Source: Histomonas meleagridis 2922-C6/04-290x
Lineage: Eukaryota; Protista; Parabasalia
Length of the DNA stretch: 64,000 nt
Direction: 5' to 3'
Assembly (NCBI GenBank): GCA_020184695.1
Contig: JAANOX010000243.1
Span: forward strand, 372,001 to 436,000
The notes beneath the pieces were generated by a model. It was not told the origin of the DNA. It saw only the letters and a list, made by a program, of their open reading frames with translations, and searched no databases. The position numbers and the translations under genes were made by a program. Positions 44,382 to 56,428 of the stretch are shown one piece after another; position 1 is the stretch's first letter, and the number at the start of each line of letters is the position of its first letter.

Positions 44382-45654
44382 TTTTCACTCGTTGAGGTTT
44401 CATATAACCATGCTAAACGTTATGTCAAAATATTTTTATAACGTTCCAATTTGAGAGGGTATTCGGTCTTTTGTTAGAACGGTTTTGCAAATAAAATTTT
44501 ACCATTGCCAACGGTAAAAAAGACGGTTAACGACAGCTGTGCCGTTACGAGGGTAATAAAATAACCGTCGTTACGTCGTAACGTTTCACATAAAAATTGG
44601 TGGTATCGGTTCAACTTTTTGAGTGTGATGGTATCGTGTTATTTTAACGGTCCGCTCAGTTGATTCATGAATCGGTTTCAACCGTTAGTCGGAAATTGTG
44701 TGGTTTACAAAGGAAAAAATGTGTATCAGACTTTATGTTTATTACATTTTCTCCATTGAAAACTGTTTTCATTTATAATTGGATCTAAATTTTGGTTGTT
44801 TTCTCAAGTTAAGTTTGTTTGTAATTATGTGCAATTTAATTTTTTAACATATGTGTGTTATTGAACATACTATTAATTCTACCTAAGTCATTGTATATCA
44901 CACTCCCGATGAACACACCCTACTGGTTAAAGTTTATGACCCCCTTGTGTCAAATTACTTTCTACCTTATGAAATTTTAAGATATCAAATTTATTTCAAT
45001 GCCATTTTGTATTAAAACAAAGTTCCTGTCGAGCTATTTGAAGAAAAGTATTCAAATAAAACCTCTGCAAAATGATATTAAAATTTTAATGTATTTGTTT
45101 TAAAAAATAAAGTATAATTGCTGCTGTGTTGTTTCTATCCAAAACGTAAAGGCATGAAACACTGATAAAAATTAGATTAAATTATTAAAAACTTGGAATA
45201 GCTTAAGAATACCAAGGATGATAAGCGTTTGTTAAAATAATCAAATAGCTTATAAATCTAAATGAAAAAATCATTTTTTGTTGTTGTTCATTTATCGAGA
45301 AAATATATTTGTTTTTTCTTTTTGAATAAATCGATTTGTTTGGACATATAATTCGCTTCTAAGATACTGCTGGATACAAGAAAGGAGCTGTCATCAAAAA
45401 ACAACAAGTAATTTTTTATTAAAAATGTTCATTGTTTATGAATTATTGTTGTATTGAGTGATTTTGATCGTTTTGCGTGTAAAATTGATATGAAAACAAG
45501 AATATTTTGTATCAAGTTAAAAGCAAAAATGAGAACATTATCATCTCACTTATCATTGATTATGACTCGTATCGATTAAGTTTTTGTTGACACTTTCAAT
45601 TTCAGATGGAAAACAATAGGATTCATACATTTTTGATGAAAATTTGAAGGTTTT

Positions 45655-47691
45655 TTGTTCGAGTTAAAATCAAGAATATATCTTGCAATTCCAATCATCA
45701 AATTGATGAAAAAATATGAAATATATCTATTAATGACTTTCAGCATTTGTTTTATAGACTTTATTTCCAACATATTTCATGATGAAAATATTTTTCATAA
45801 AAATATAAAATATATAAATTTCAAAAACAACAAAAATGAAACAGCAAATCAACAGATCCATAACGAATATCCTCATTATCTGTTCAATAATAACAAAAAT
45901 CATTCAAATAACAAAATTTTATTTTTCTCATATGAAAAGATTCATAAAATAAGTTATAAATATTATCATTTATTAATTCATTTATTTACCAATTTATTTT
46001 CTATCTTTAAAAAATGTTTCGAATTAACTTCTTCTTCTAAATTTAAAAATCACTTTATTTATTCTTTGAAGAAAATTCTATTTTATTTTGATATTTATAT
46101 AATAAATAAAGTCAAAATATTTTATATTTTATTGAGGAATTTCTTTTGTTTCATATTTAAATCAACAATTAATAATTTATATATTATTTCATTTTTAATT
46201 ATATTTAATATTCTTTTTCAATTTATTAAATATTTTTATAAAAGTTATTTAATTTATGATAAAAATAAACAAAATTTCAAAATATTTTTGATTTTAATGA
46301 TTATATTATTTGTTAATACAAAGCAATCTTTTCATGAAACAACAAAAACACTCACAATATTTGATTCCATTGATTTTTCAAATGATTATATGAATGATAC
46401 AGAACGTGTTATAATTATTGATGTTGGCGAGATTGAAAGTGATGCATTCAGAGAATGGCCTTTATTAACAACAGTAATAATTGGAGAGTCAGTTGAAATT
46501 ATAAATAGTAGAGCATTTGCATCATGTACAAAACTAGAATATGTCCAATTTCCTGATAAATTAATGAGTGGAATTGGAGGTGGTGCATTTGCAGAATGTA
46601 TTTCATTAAATAACATTACAATTCGTTGTTATACCATTAGTGGTTATGCATTTTATAAATGTACAGGACTTGAAACGATAACATTATATGAAGGCGTCCG
46701 AAATATTGGGTCAGATGCATTAAGAGGATGTACAAACCTTGTGAATATTTATATACCAAGTTCTGTTACTTCAATTGGATATCCATTTTTAGAATGTACA
46801 AATCTTCAATTTATTAATGTTTCAGAAGAAAATTTTAAATATTCTAATTATGAAAATGATGGCGTTTTATATGATAAAGAAATTACACAAATCATTAGTT
46901 ATCCGAATATGAAAAGTAAAACATTTACAATTCCGAATTCAGTCATTTCTATTATGAATTATGCTTTTGCAAGTTGTAATAATTTAGAAAGAATTTTTAT
47001 TGATGAAAATGTTCAATATATTAATTCATTTGCATTTGCTAATTGTACATCACTTCAATGTATTCATTTTAATGGAGAAACTTCACCAGAAATACAAAAT
47101 GATGCATTTGTTACTATAAATGCGACAAGAGTTATGACAATAGAAACATATCAAAATAAAACATTTGGAAATATGGAAATTACTAAGGGAACAACACTTG
47201 ACGAATGTCTCCCGCCAACACTCACATTTGCTAACTCAAATACATTTACAATTAGTAATACATTAATCAAATCGAATACATTTACGAAATCAAAAAATAA
47301 TTTTGATTCAAATACTTATGTTAATACATTTTCAATGAATTTTACTTTTGTTAATACTATTACTTTAACTTATTCTTTATCATATATAAAAACTTTATCA
47401 ATTTATTATTATACGTTCTTAAAATCTTATTCAGTTACTTTCATTGAATCTGGAACTAAATATATTTATGTTGATTTTATATATTATAATTATACAATTA
47501 TATATTATCCAGAATATTTTACTTATTATTCAAATTTCTTTTATATTTCTTATATTGAAGATGTAATAATAAACAATGATAAAATTAATGAAATAGATAA
47601 TACATTTTCAGTTGGTATTAATAATTCAAATATCGAAGAAGATCCATTTGCAGACGATTTCAAAGAAGAAAAATTTATAAGTCAGATATAA
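45655..47691 (+). CDS. BspA-like LRR protein with a long hydrophobic N-terminal extension (alternative start 46297) and a DPFADDF acidic tail
   Basis: BspA repeats from ~46400 to 47170, a T/S/Y-rich stalk, and EEDPFADDFKEE at the C-terminus. Confidence 0.85.
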   Translation: MFELKSRIYLAIPIIKLMKKYEIYLLMTFSICFIDFISNIFHDENIFHKNIKYINFKNNKNETANQQIHNEYPHYLFNNNKNHSNNKILFFSYEKIHKISYKYYHLLIHLFTNLFSIFKKCFELTSSSKFKNHFIYSLKKILFYFDIYIINKVKIFYILLRNFFCFIFKSTINNLYIISFLIIFNILFQFIKYFYKSYLIYDKNKQNFKIFLILMIILFVNTKQSFHETTKTLTIFDSIDFSNDYMNDTERVIIIDVGEIESDAFREWPLLTTVIIGESVEIINSRAFASCTKLEYVQFPDKLMSGIGGGAFAECISLNNITIRCYTISGYAFYKCTGLETITLYEGVRNIGSDALRGCTNLVNIYIPSSVTSIGYPFLECTNLQFINVSEENFKYSNYENDGVLYDKEITQIISYPNMKSKTFTIPNSVISIMNYAFASCNNLERIFIDENVQYINSFAFANCTSLQCIHFNGETSPEIQNDAFVTINATRVMTIETYQNKTFGNMEITKGTTLDECLPPTLTFANSNTFTISNTLIKSNTFTKSKNNFDSNTYVNTFSMNFTFVNTITLTYSLSYIKTLSIYYYTFLKSYSVTFIESGTKYIYVDFIYYNYTIIYYPEYFTYYSNFFYISYIEDVIINNDKINEIDNTFSVGINNSNIEEDPFADDFKEEKFISQI

Positions 47692-47989
47692 ATAAACATA
47701 TTTTAGGAAAAAAATAATTTTATTTATTTATTTAATAAATATAAACCTTATTTTTACGAATATGATGTTTCCTTCTATTATATTTTTATATGTTTATCTC
47801 GATATGTATATAACATAAAATTTGATTTCGAACAAAAGAATTGGAATAATTAAAATTATTATAACACAAACGATTACAATAACAACAATAAGAATTTCTT
47901 GCTTTTATATATTTTTATTTTCATATTTTTTATCTTCATTATGGAGAGTTGTGTAAAAAGCAGAATAATATGTAATATATGATGAATAT

Positions 47990-48783
47990 TAGAGAATGAT
48001 ATAATCATAATATACAAATTCCGTATCATTCGAAGAATAAATCGATCCAAACTTCCGTCTTTGTGATTCTTTGTGTTATAAATATCAAGATGATACATTT
48101 GGAAATTTAATACCAGGGAAACACAAGAATGTCTTATACTAACAATTCTGTTTATCGATTGTAATACATTCAATTAAATACATTTACACAAAGTTATTCA
48201 TAAGCTCAATCGAACAAATATTGAGTCAGTTACTTCTATTGAATCATTTCAAGCAAATGCACTTAAATACTTTCACTGCATAAGTTACTTATTCAGATTC
48301 ATTTCCATCGGATGTAACTTTATCTTTCACTTTAACTTACTCACTATCTATTACACTTTCGAAAGTGTAAAATGTACATTTTATAGTAAATACATAAATA
48401 CAATATCATTATTAACATTTGAATCCACTTATAGTTATATATCGACAAATGTCATATATTACGATTACACTGTTATATATTATTCGTCTTATTATAGTTA
48501 TTATTCTGACTTTTATACATTTGTTGTCACTAATGTTACACCAAAAGATAATTCAATATCAAATGAATTGTTAATTGGTATTATATGCGGCGCTATTGTG
48601 ATAGTTTTGATAATTGACGGAATCGTAATATTTATGTTGAAGAGAAATAAAAAACGAACAACGGAAACAAAATCGTTGTCATACATAAATAATAATATAT
48701 CATCAAATACTGGAGGAAATCACGAAGATGTCAACAATGAATTTAATAGTTTAATAAATGAAGATGAGGACCAATGTATTTGA
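47990..48783 (+). pseudogene. 3' relic of a BspA-type surface-protein gene (stalk, TM, cytoplasmic tail)
   Basis: YQDDTFGNL, TLSFTLTYSLS, YYDYTVIYYSSY, TM LLIGIICGAIVIVLIIDGIVIFML-KRNKK. Interrupted by stops and frameshifts. Confidence 0.7.
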
Positions 48784-49168
48784 CACTGTAAAAATATAAA
48801 TAAATGTAGAAAAATATTTATAACTATTTTTCGATCTAAATGAAATTTGTGATCTTATTATATTTTGTATTACATTTAGATTAATTTTTAATTATTATCT
48901 ATTGTTGAAAATTTATTTTTTAATTAATTCAATATATTATAATGATTTCAAAATTAATATGTATCGTTTAATTTTCTATAATAAATTTTCATTTTAATTA
49001 TAGGAAGATTCATGAGATTTGCTTCATATGATATTAAATATGCATTAAAATCATTAAATTTTTCATTTTTTTTATAATAATTGCAAATATAAATCAAGAA
49101 CATGAAATTGAAATTTCAATTTTATTTAAAAAAAAATATTTAAATTATAACTTTATAAAAATATTTAT

Positions 49169-52100
49169 TTAAATTATCGATTTTGCCTTTTCTATGTAAA
49201 TTTTTCTTAATTCATTTAAGTTCAGTGGTTTCGTCACTTCTTTTTCGAACTCATTTTTCAATTCAGGAAATGCCAAATTCGACAGAAAGAAGTCGTCCAC
49301 GAAGACAGAGATTGTTTCGCCCCATTTATCGCATTGTAATCTCTTTTCCAACACGCAAATCCAATCCGAAGCTATTTTTCTTTTATCATTTAATGACAAA
49401 TTATTTTTAATTATATTTAATAATTCGAATTCATTTAAACCATTTTCACCAGTTAAATTAAATGATAAAATTGTCCGAACTTTCGGTACATCGTTAATTA
49501 ATAACAACAAAGCGATTAACCAACCATTTTTATAGTCAACAATTTTATTTATTAATTTAACAATAGATAAATGTAAAGGAACCATTATATCATTTAAGTT
49601 TAAACACCAATTATAAAACAAATCATTTAATTCCTCAAATATTATATCATTACTATTCTCAAATTTCATCAAAAGTTTTATTAAAATGGATTTTATTTGT
49701 ATTGAATCAATTTCTTTTATCATTTTTATTATATTATTTAAATATTCATTTTCTATATTATCCAAATGATATTTATATAAAAACTTTAATCCATTATATA
49801 AATAACTTTTATTTTTGCAGTTTAAACCATTTAATAACAAATCGAATTTAATACGTTTTAACAAATCATTTGACGGCATTAAATTTTTATTCCAATTTTG
49901 TATAAGTAAAAAAACATTTTTACAATTCATATTCTCATTATATACAAAATATTTCTCAGCTTCACATTTATTATTATTTAATATTATTAACAACTCAATA
50001 TAATGTTTCCAAATCATTTTCGGCAAATTATTTAAAATCGGAATGTTATTCAACTTCATAATACCGAATTTCTTAATAATCTCATATATGATTAAAATTG
50101 TTCCATGTAATTCATTATATTCATTAATTTTATTTAAGTTATTAATTAATGAATTACAAATTGTTTCTATTTCTAAATTTGGTATTAATGTAATAAAAGC
50201 TCTCGATGTTATTCTTCTAATTCTCGATGATTTACTTTTCCGATGTTTAAAAACTAAATTCATTAATTCGATATCACCAATTTCATCATTTTGGAACATC
50301 GAAAGTAAATGTAATATCAAATACAATGAATGTTTATGTTTTTCATCATCGTTTAATATTTTTATTATTAATTCTTTCGATCCATTAATCTTTGAGAAGA
50401 ATTGTTCTCTAATTAATGAATTTAATGTTGATTCAGTTCCATAAATTTTCCAAACTTTTCGTATAAATGCGGAAAACACTTGATCAATTGATAATAAAAT
50501 ATCCCATTTATTAAACTTATATAAAGTCAAAAATATTAATTTAAATACTTTAGATAAAAATGGCTCAATTTTACTCGATAATTCATGATCAATAATTATC
50601 GCGCGTAATACATTTAATGCATTTGTAGATTCATTTATATCATTTGTGTTTTTTATTAAGTTTAATAATGTAGTAAATAAAATCGGTATATTATTCGGCG
50701 ACATTTTCATGAGAACTAATGATATAAATGGTAAACTTGCAGAACGACGCATCGTTAACATGTCGAATTCTTTCATTATTGAAATTATTGTTTGCGAGAA
50801 TTGCTCTGGTAACGAAGTGTTCTTTACTAATGTCATTGCTTGTTGGAATGACTTTAATGAACTTTGGATAAAACCTGGAATTCTATTTTGAAGTAAATAA
50901 TTAAAATAATATTCAACAAATTCTTTTATTAAGTTTTCATTTATTGAATTCTTTAACATTATTGTAATAATGGAAAAGATTTCAATTTGGATTTCCCATG
51001 AATGATTATATTTATTATTCTTTAGTTGATTAAATAATATATTTATAGAATCATCATTAGAAATTTTATTCCTTTTGATAATAAAATGATATTCTTTAAA
51101 TTGCTCAAGTGAAATATTATCATTTTCGAAATCAAATTTTATATTATTTTCGAACTTATTCTCTTTAAACGTGGAAATAATTTCATTAATTTTATTCTCA
51201 TTAAATAAATATCGAATTAATGGCTCATATTTATAATTAGTATCATTTAAAAAAGAAATCAAATTTATCAAATGTTTCTTCGTAACTAACGAAATATCTT
51301 TTTTCCAAATCATATTACAAATATCAAATCCAAACTTTCGATGATTTGATGGATAATTCGATTCCATCAAATCGGAAAAAATATTTAAAATTTTATTCAA
51401 TTTTTTTTCGAATTTTTTGTTTTGTATAATTTTCTCAAAGTTTATAAGTATCGAACTATATTTAGTATCTGTTAATATTAATGATGGAATTGTATCAACG
51501 AAATCATTTAAATCATTTTCGTTATGTGGGAAATTGTTTTGTACAAATGATGTTAATGATAATATTCGTAAATCCCAATTATAACTTTTTCTTCCGTATA
51601 TTATTAATTCGCGTAATTTTTCTTGATTAATTTTGTTGGGTATAGCTATACTTAACTCAAGTAATATCCAATTCTTTATAAATTCATTTTGTACTTGTTC
51701 GATTTTATCAATTGAATCATTAAATAAGTTTTTGTTCTTTTGGAAAAATGGCTTAAATAAATGTTGTAATGGTATTAATGAACTTTTGGAATTGAAATTG
51801 TTTGTAACTTTGTTAATTATTATATCAATATAATTAGGTAATTTAATCGTAGAGATTAATTTGGATATTAATACAACACTAAATGGATCATTAATTAAAT
51901 CAAATAATTTACTGACAAATGACTCGGTTTGAGTATAATCACAATTTGGAAGAATTTGTGGTAACAACCATTTAGATAACGGTGAATTCATCGGCAAAAT
52001 TTGAATGTTCTTCATAAAAAATTCACTGACTTCTTTCAATTTTTCGGCTTTCTTTGAAATTTTCATAACTTTCTTAAAAAGTCCAGTCAATGAAAATTTA

Positions 52101-52990
52101 ATGTATTCGTTTGAAGTGTTGAAATCTCTGATGAGAAATGAACATATTGGCTTTAGAACTTGTAATATGTTGCTTTGGCTTATTACAGATGAAAATGATG
52201 TGTAAACTATGATTAAATCTTCGGGGTTGTGTGATTGATTTTGTAATTTAATACACGCATTAATGACTTCTGTTGAAATATTACTGAGCATTGGAAGTTT
52301 ACAAAGCTCAGATTTAAGAAGTAAATAAAGATTTGATGAAAGATATGTTGAAAGAATATTATCGGAAATTAATTGTTGAATTTGAGAATCTGTGAAGCCT
52401 TGTCGAAGACACTCAAAAACTACTTGAACTATTGGCATTTGAGATTCGTAGTTTAGAGTATTTTTGGAAATACTAAGAAATGACGATAGAATAATTGATT
52501 CTTTCGAATAAATATCAAAGTAATCAGTAACTTGACTTTTTTCAAATTGAAACTTTTTGTTTGTCTTAAGGATATCTAAAGTCATTTTCGAAAATAATTT
52601 GAAAGAATCAATTGGGAAACTTTGTATATTTTTTGAAACAATAATAAAGAACTGTTCTTCGTTTCCTTCAAATATTTGATTTCCAGAAAAAAGCCAATCA
52701 TTTATTAATGAATTTATGCAGGGGTTTTCAGAATTCCAAAACGAATTTTGAATATTTTCATGACGCAAATCATCAAAGCCCTTTTGAATTTCAAATGTTT
52801 TAATTTCTTTTTTGATTGTTTGAATAAAATTTGTTGGAATTATAATGCTATTTGGTCCAAATAACAAATCTATTAATTGTTTTAATGCATCAACCTTGTC
52901 TAAAGCAAGCTGGCTGCGAAGTAACTCTTGTGCCTCTTTAAAATTTAATCTATTCTTTTCATTTTCAAGGAGTTTCTTTAGTTCTTCCAT
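49169..52990 (-). CDS. THADA: THADA/Trm732-like protein (DUF2428); likely start Met 52990
   Basis: Very long ORF. DMLTMRRSASLPF and ALNVLRAII match the DUF2428 TRRSAGLP region; HEAT-like throughout. Confidence 0.8.
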   Translation of the reverse strand: MEELKKLLENEKNRLNFKEAQELLRSQLALDKVDALKQLIDLLFGPNSIIIPTNFIQTIKKEIKTFEIQKGFDDLRHENIQNSFWNSENPCINSLINDWLFSGNQIFEGNEEQFFIIVSKNIQSFPIDSFKLFSKMTLDILKTNKKFQFEKSQVTDYFDIYSKESIILSSFLSISKNTLNYESQMPIVQVVFECLRQGFTDSQIQQLISDNILSTYLSSNLYLLLKSELCKLPMLSNISTEVINACIKLQNQSHNPEDLIIVYTSFSSVISQSNILQVLKPICSFLIRDFNTSNEYIKFSLTGLFKKVMKISKKAEKLKEVSEFFMKNIQILPMNSPLSKWLLPQILPNCDYTQTESFVSKLFDLINDPFSVVLISKLISTIKLPNYIDIIINKVTNNFNSKSSLIPLQHLFKPFFQKNKNLFNDSIDKIEQVQNEFIKNWILLELSIAIPNKINQEKLRELIIYGRKSYNWDLRILSLTSFVQNNFPHNENDLNDFVDTIPSLILTDTKYSSILINFEKIIQNKKFEKKLNKILNIFSDLMESNYPSNHRKFGFDICNMIWKKDISLVTKKHLINLISFLNDTNYKYEPLIRYLFNENKINEIISTFKENKFENNIKFDFENDNISLEQFKEYHFIIKRNKISNDDSINILFNQLKNNKYNHSWEIQIEIFSIITIMLKNSINENLIKEFVEYYFNYLLQNRIPGFIQSSLKSFQQAMTLVKNTSLPEQFSQTIISIMKEFDMLTMRRSASLPFISLVLMKMSPNNIPILFTTLLNLIKNTNDINESTNALNVLRAIIIDHELSSKIEPFLSKVFKLIFLTLYKFNKWDILLSIDQVFSAFIRKVWKIYGTESTLNSLIREQFFSKINGSKELIIKILNDDEKHKHSLYLILHLLSMFQNDEIGDIELMNLVFKHRKSKSSRIRRITSRAFITLIPNLEIETICNSLINNLNKINEYNELHGTILIIYEIIKKFGIMKLNNIPILNNLPKMIWKHYIELLIILNNNKCEAEKYFVYNENMNCKNVFLLIQNWNKNLMPSNDLLKRIKFDLLLNGLNCKNKSYLYNGLKFLYKYHLDNIENEYLNNIIKMIKEIDSIQIKSILIKLLMKFENSNDIIFEELNDLFYNWCLNLNDIMVPLHLSIVKLINKIVDYKNGWLIALLLLINDVPKVRTILSFNLTGENGLNEFELLNIIKNNLSLNDKRKIASDWICVLEKRLQCDKWGETISVFVDDFFLSNLAFPELKNEFEKEVTKPLNLNELRKIYIEKAKSII

Positions 52991-53169
52991 TTTTAATCCG
53001 AATTGAGAATGTTTGCTTGATTTGTTGGTCCAGATTTCGGTGCACCTCGTCGTAAAATCCACTTTTTGATATATCTCAAACAATAAATTCTATAAATGTA
53101 TTTAAAAAGTACACATTCATTATTCCACTTGGGGTACCCCAACAGATGTTGTACAACACATTTTTCAAC

Positions 53170-54570
53170 ATGGAGCCAAAGGAACATTGCAACTGGGAAA
53201 CACTTCTATCAATAAGCCAAGCAATTTTTAGTTTGAATGAAGAAAATTTCTCTAAATCTTTAGGTTTAATAATCAGCAAATTTGATGAAATCCATCCTTT
53301 ATCTTATGATTATAATATATTTGATATATTTCTTTTATAATATTCAAATGTTGTGCAAATTTTATGGGAATATTATTTTGAAAATTATGAAGAACTTTCA
53401 GCAAATGATTGGGAATTACATAAGAAATTAATTAGAGAAGGACATAATCCAAATGAAATTACAAAAATAATTCGAAACGATGAAATAGAAAAACTTCAAG
53501 AAACATCATCACAAACAGATTTTGATTTCAATCTAACAATTGAACCATCACTTTATGAAAGATGTTCATTTATTAATCATAAAAATGTTACATTAATTGA
53601 TTATGCAGCATTTTTTTCTTCAGTTAAATGTTTTAAATATTTACTTATGAATGGTGCAAAATTAGATAATACAGGTAAATATGCAGTTACAGGTGGAAAT
53701 GAAGAAATTATTTTATGTGAACAAAATCATTCATCATTTGAAGGTGTAAGTGAAGATGCAATCGAATTTCATCGAAATGATATCTTTAAATATCTTTATG
53801 AAAACAAATTTGATTAGAAGAAATAGGAAAACTTTGTATTTTATATCATAATTATGAAATATTTTCATTTTTACTTAAAGAAGGAATGAAAATAAATAAT
53901 GATATTATAAATGCAGCAGCAATTATTGGAAATATTTTTTTAGTTGAATATTTTATTAAAGAGTATTCATTTCCACACAATATTTTGGTATTTTCAGCTG
54001 GATCAGAAAATATCGAACTTGTTGAATGCGTTTTAAAACAAGAAGGAATTGATATTAATGCTAAAGATATTTATTTGTTCTATTTTATGTTTATTTTAAT
54101 AATTTAATATTTCAAAATAATATTTGGAAATTATTTAAAATATTTTATACAGCACTTATTATTGCATCTAGAGATGGTTATACAGAAATCGTTAAATTGC
54201 TTCTTGTTCAAGAAGGAATTGATATTAATGCTAAAGATATTTATTTGTTTTATATAATATTTATTTTAACAATTTTATATTTTATAATAATATTTGGAAA
54301 TTCAAAATAATATTTGGAAATGATTAAAAATATTTTATACAGCACTTATTATTGCATCTGAAAATGGTTATCTAGAAATAGTTAAATTACTTCTTGAACA
54401 AGAAGGAATTGAAATTAATGCTAAAGATATTTATTTGTTTTATTTAATATTTATTATAATAATTTTATATTTCAAAATAATATTTGGAAATTATTTAAAT
54501 TATGAAGGACAGCACTTATTTTAGTCTTATGAAGGTTATACAGAAATAGTTAAATCACTTCTTGAATATC
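53170..54570 (+). pseudogene. DUF3447-type ankyrin gene with stops plus 3 interrupted ankyrin modules
   Basis: WELHKKLIREGHNPNEITKIIRNDE, TLIDYAAFFSSVKCFKYLLMNGA; TAG near 53815. Module starts at 54149, 54339 and 54509. Confidence 0.85.
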
Positions 54571-54751
54571 AACCTAATTACTTGGATGAACAGATGTTGA
54601 GTTTATAAAATATTGAAACTGTTCATTTGTTATTTAGTATTCATAAAAATTAACTAAAAAAATGGTTTTTTATTTTAACGAGCATCCGTTTAGATTTTCT
54701 ATTTAATTTCACATCTTCCAATTTTTATATACTCGTAATTAGAAAACTTCT

Positions 54752-54926
54752 AGGGTGGGTCCAAATGTTCTTTTTTTGAAATTTTGTGGATTTCGTGGGC
54801 AAAGGTTCTCTTTAATAATAATTAATACGTTCCTCCGAATGGACACGTTTAATTATCTGAATATTGCCCACTACAGAGCAAAAGATTTACCCGACAAATT
54901 TTGTTTTGATTACAAAAATCCACCCT
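54752..54926. mobile_element. Possible 175-bp MITE or footprint
   Basis: Termini AGGGTGG(G)T / A(T)CCACCCT, flanked by AAAACTTCT at 54743-54751 and 54928-54936. Confidence 0.4.
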
Positions 54927-55409
54927 AAAAACTTCTTATATATCTCGATACATTTAAATGTAACATATTGAGGAAAAAAATATATTTTTCCGGTTGCTTT
55001 GGTATACTTTTATTCAACTTTGAAAACATAGTCAATTAACTACGACGGTTTACAAGCCGTTTTTTTGTAAATTTTATAAATTTCATCCAATCCAACGAAG
55101 TTATCCTTTCATATTTGATATAAATAAATGCGCATAACATTTTTCTTATCTGCAGCATAATTATGAGAATCAAAAACCAGCAAACGAAGCGAAATTCACA
55201 TTCGGAACATCGGTTATATTTGAATTTTTCTGTTTTTTTGATGCGCTCTCAAAATTTGACACCAATTTCAACGATAAAATGACGATAAACATTTTTTGAG
55301 ACAATTTACAGCGGTTACACCAAAGTAATCACTTCCATCAAAGCATAACATTTTCATTCGCCATAATTTAAACATTTTATATGACAATTAGTTTTGTCGT
55401 TTACTCAAG

Positions 55410-56234
55410 TTACTGCGCTTTCTTCCCTTTCACTTGAATATATCTAAACGAAGCATGCTCACGATCTGTCAATAAATCAAGTGGAACAGCCCATAAATCA
55501 TAAAACCTTTCAAGTTCCCATACGTTATAGCCATCTTGTCTATGGTCAGTGTTATCGTAAGGATCAGCAAATATTAAAACGTCATCATAAGTTTCATCAG
55601 TCCCTAATGTATCTATACCAATAATTGTTATATAGTGACCACCTAAATCATTACAGCAGACGATGATCGGATATCCATCATCAATAGATTTTTGGACCCA
55701 TGTTCTAAATGACTTATAATCATTGAACGGATTACCATTAGGACCTCCTACGTTAGCCTCGTAGTCATAGTTCATTGTGTCGAGTACATGCATTAAATTT
55801 TCAGGTGTAGTGCCGCTTTCATTTGTTCCTGCAATGTCAGAGCAGCGCCTTTCGGAAATGGACGTATCTTTTTCTGTGTAATCGGCGGCCATGATGATGC
55901 AGCAGCATCCGCATGACAATTCGGAAGTTTGTTGATAAGTTCGATAATTACTTAATATCTTTAAGGAGCCTTCTGACTTCATATTATAAAAGTCGTGCAT
56001 TGTATAATATTTGGAGTCCAAATGATCATATTGGAATTGCGCAGCAGCAGGACCTTCAATTTTGTCCATATAATATTTCCCGGTGATTGGTATTACTTGG
56101 TCATGTGAAACTGGTGGCACAACGTGTGTAATTTCATCTTTGCTTACGACGAAATAGCAAACAATGAGGACAATGTCGACAACCAGAAGGAGGACATTTA
56201 ATATCAGTGAAACAATCTTCCCGCAGTCACCCAT
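55410..56234 (-). CDS. Type II membrane papain-like (C39-like) cysteine peptidase with apparently intact catalytic residues
   Basis: N-terminal TM; YQQTSELSCG (Gln, Cys), GGHYITIIG (His), FADPYDNTDHRQDGY (Asp). Confidence 0.82.
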   Translation of the reverse strand: MGDCGKIVSLILNVLLLVVDIVLIVCYFVVSKDEITHVVPPVSHDQVIPITGKYYMDKIEGPAAAQFQYDHLDSKYYTMHDFYNMKSEGSLKILSNYRTYQQTSELSCGCCCIIMAADYTEKDTSISERRCSDIAGTNESGTTPENLMHVLDTMNYDYEANVGGPNGNPFNDYKSFRTWVQKSIDDGYPIIVCCNDLGGHYITIIGIDTLGTDETYDDVLIFADPYDNTDHRQDGYNVWELERFYDLWAVPLDLLTDREHASFRYIQVKGKKAQ

Positions 56235-56428
56235 GAAACAAATGTTATATGATATGATTTCTCACAAAAATTGAATACAGTTTGTTGTTTCAATGCCAAG
56301 AGTTGCGTTATTTCAATGGCCCAAGCTTCGATTGTGTATTCAAATCGTTGTCAAAATTCACCTTTTTGGGAATTCAATGGAAATTTGAGTTCACATCAAA
56401 AGTGGTTAAAAGTTCAACATTTCGACAA

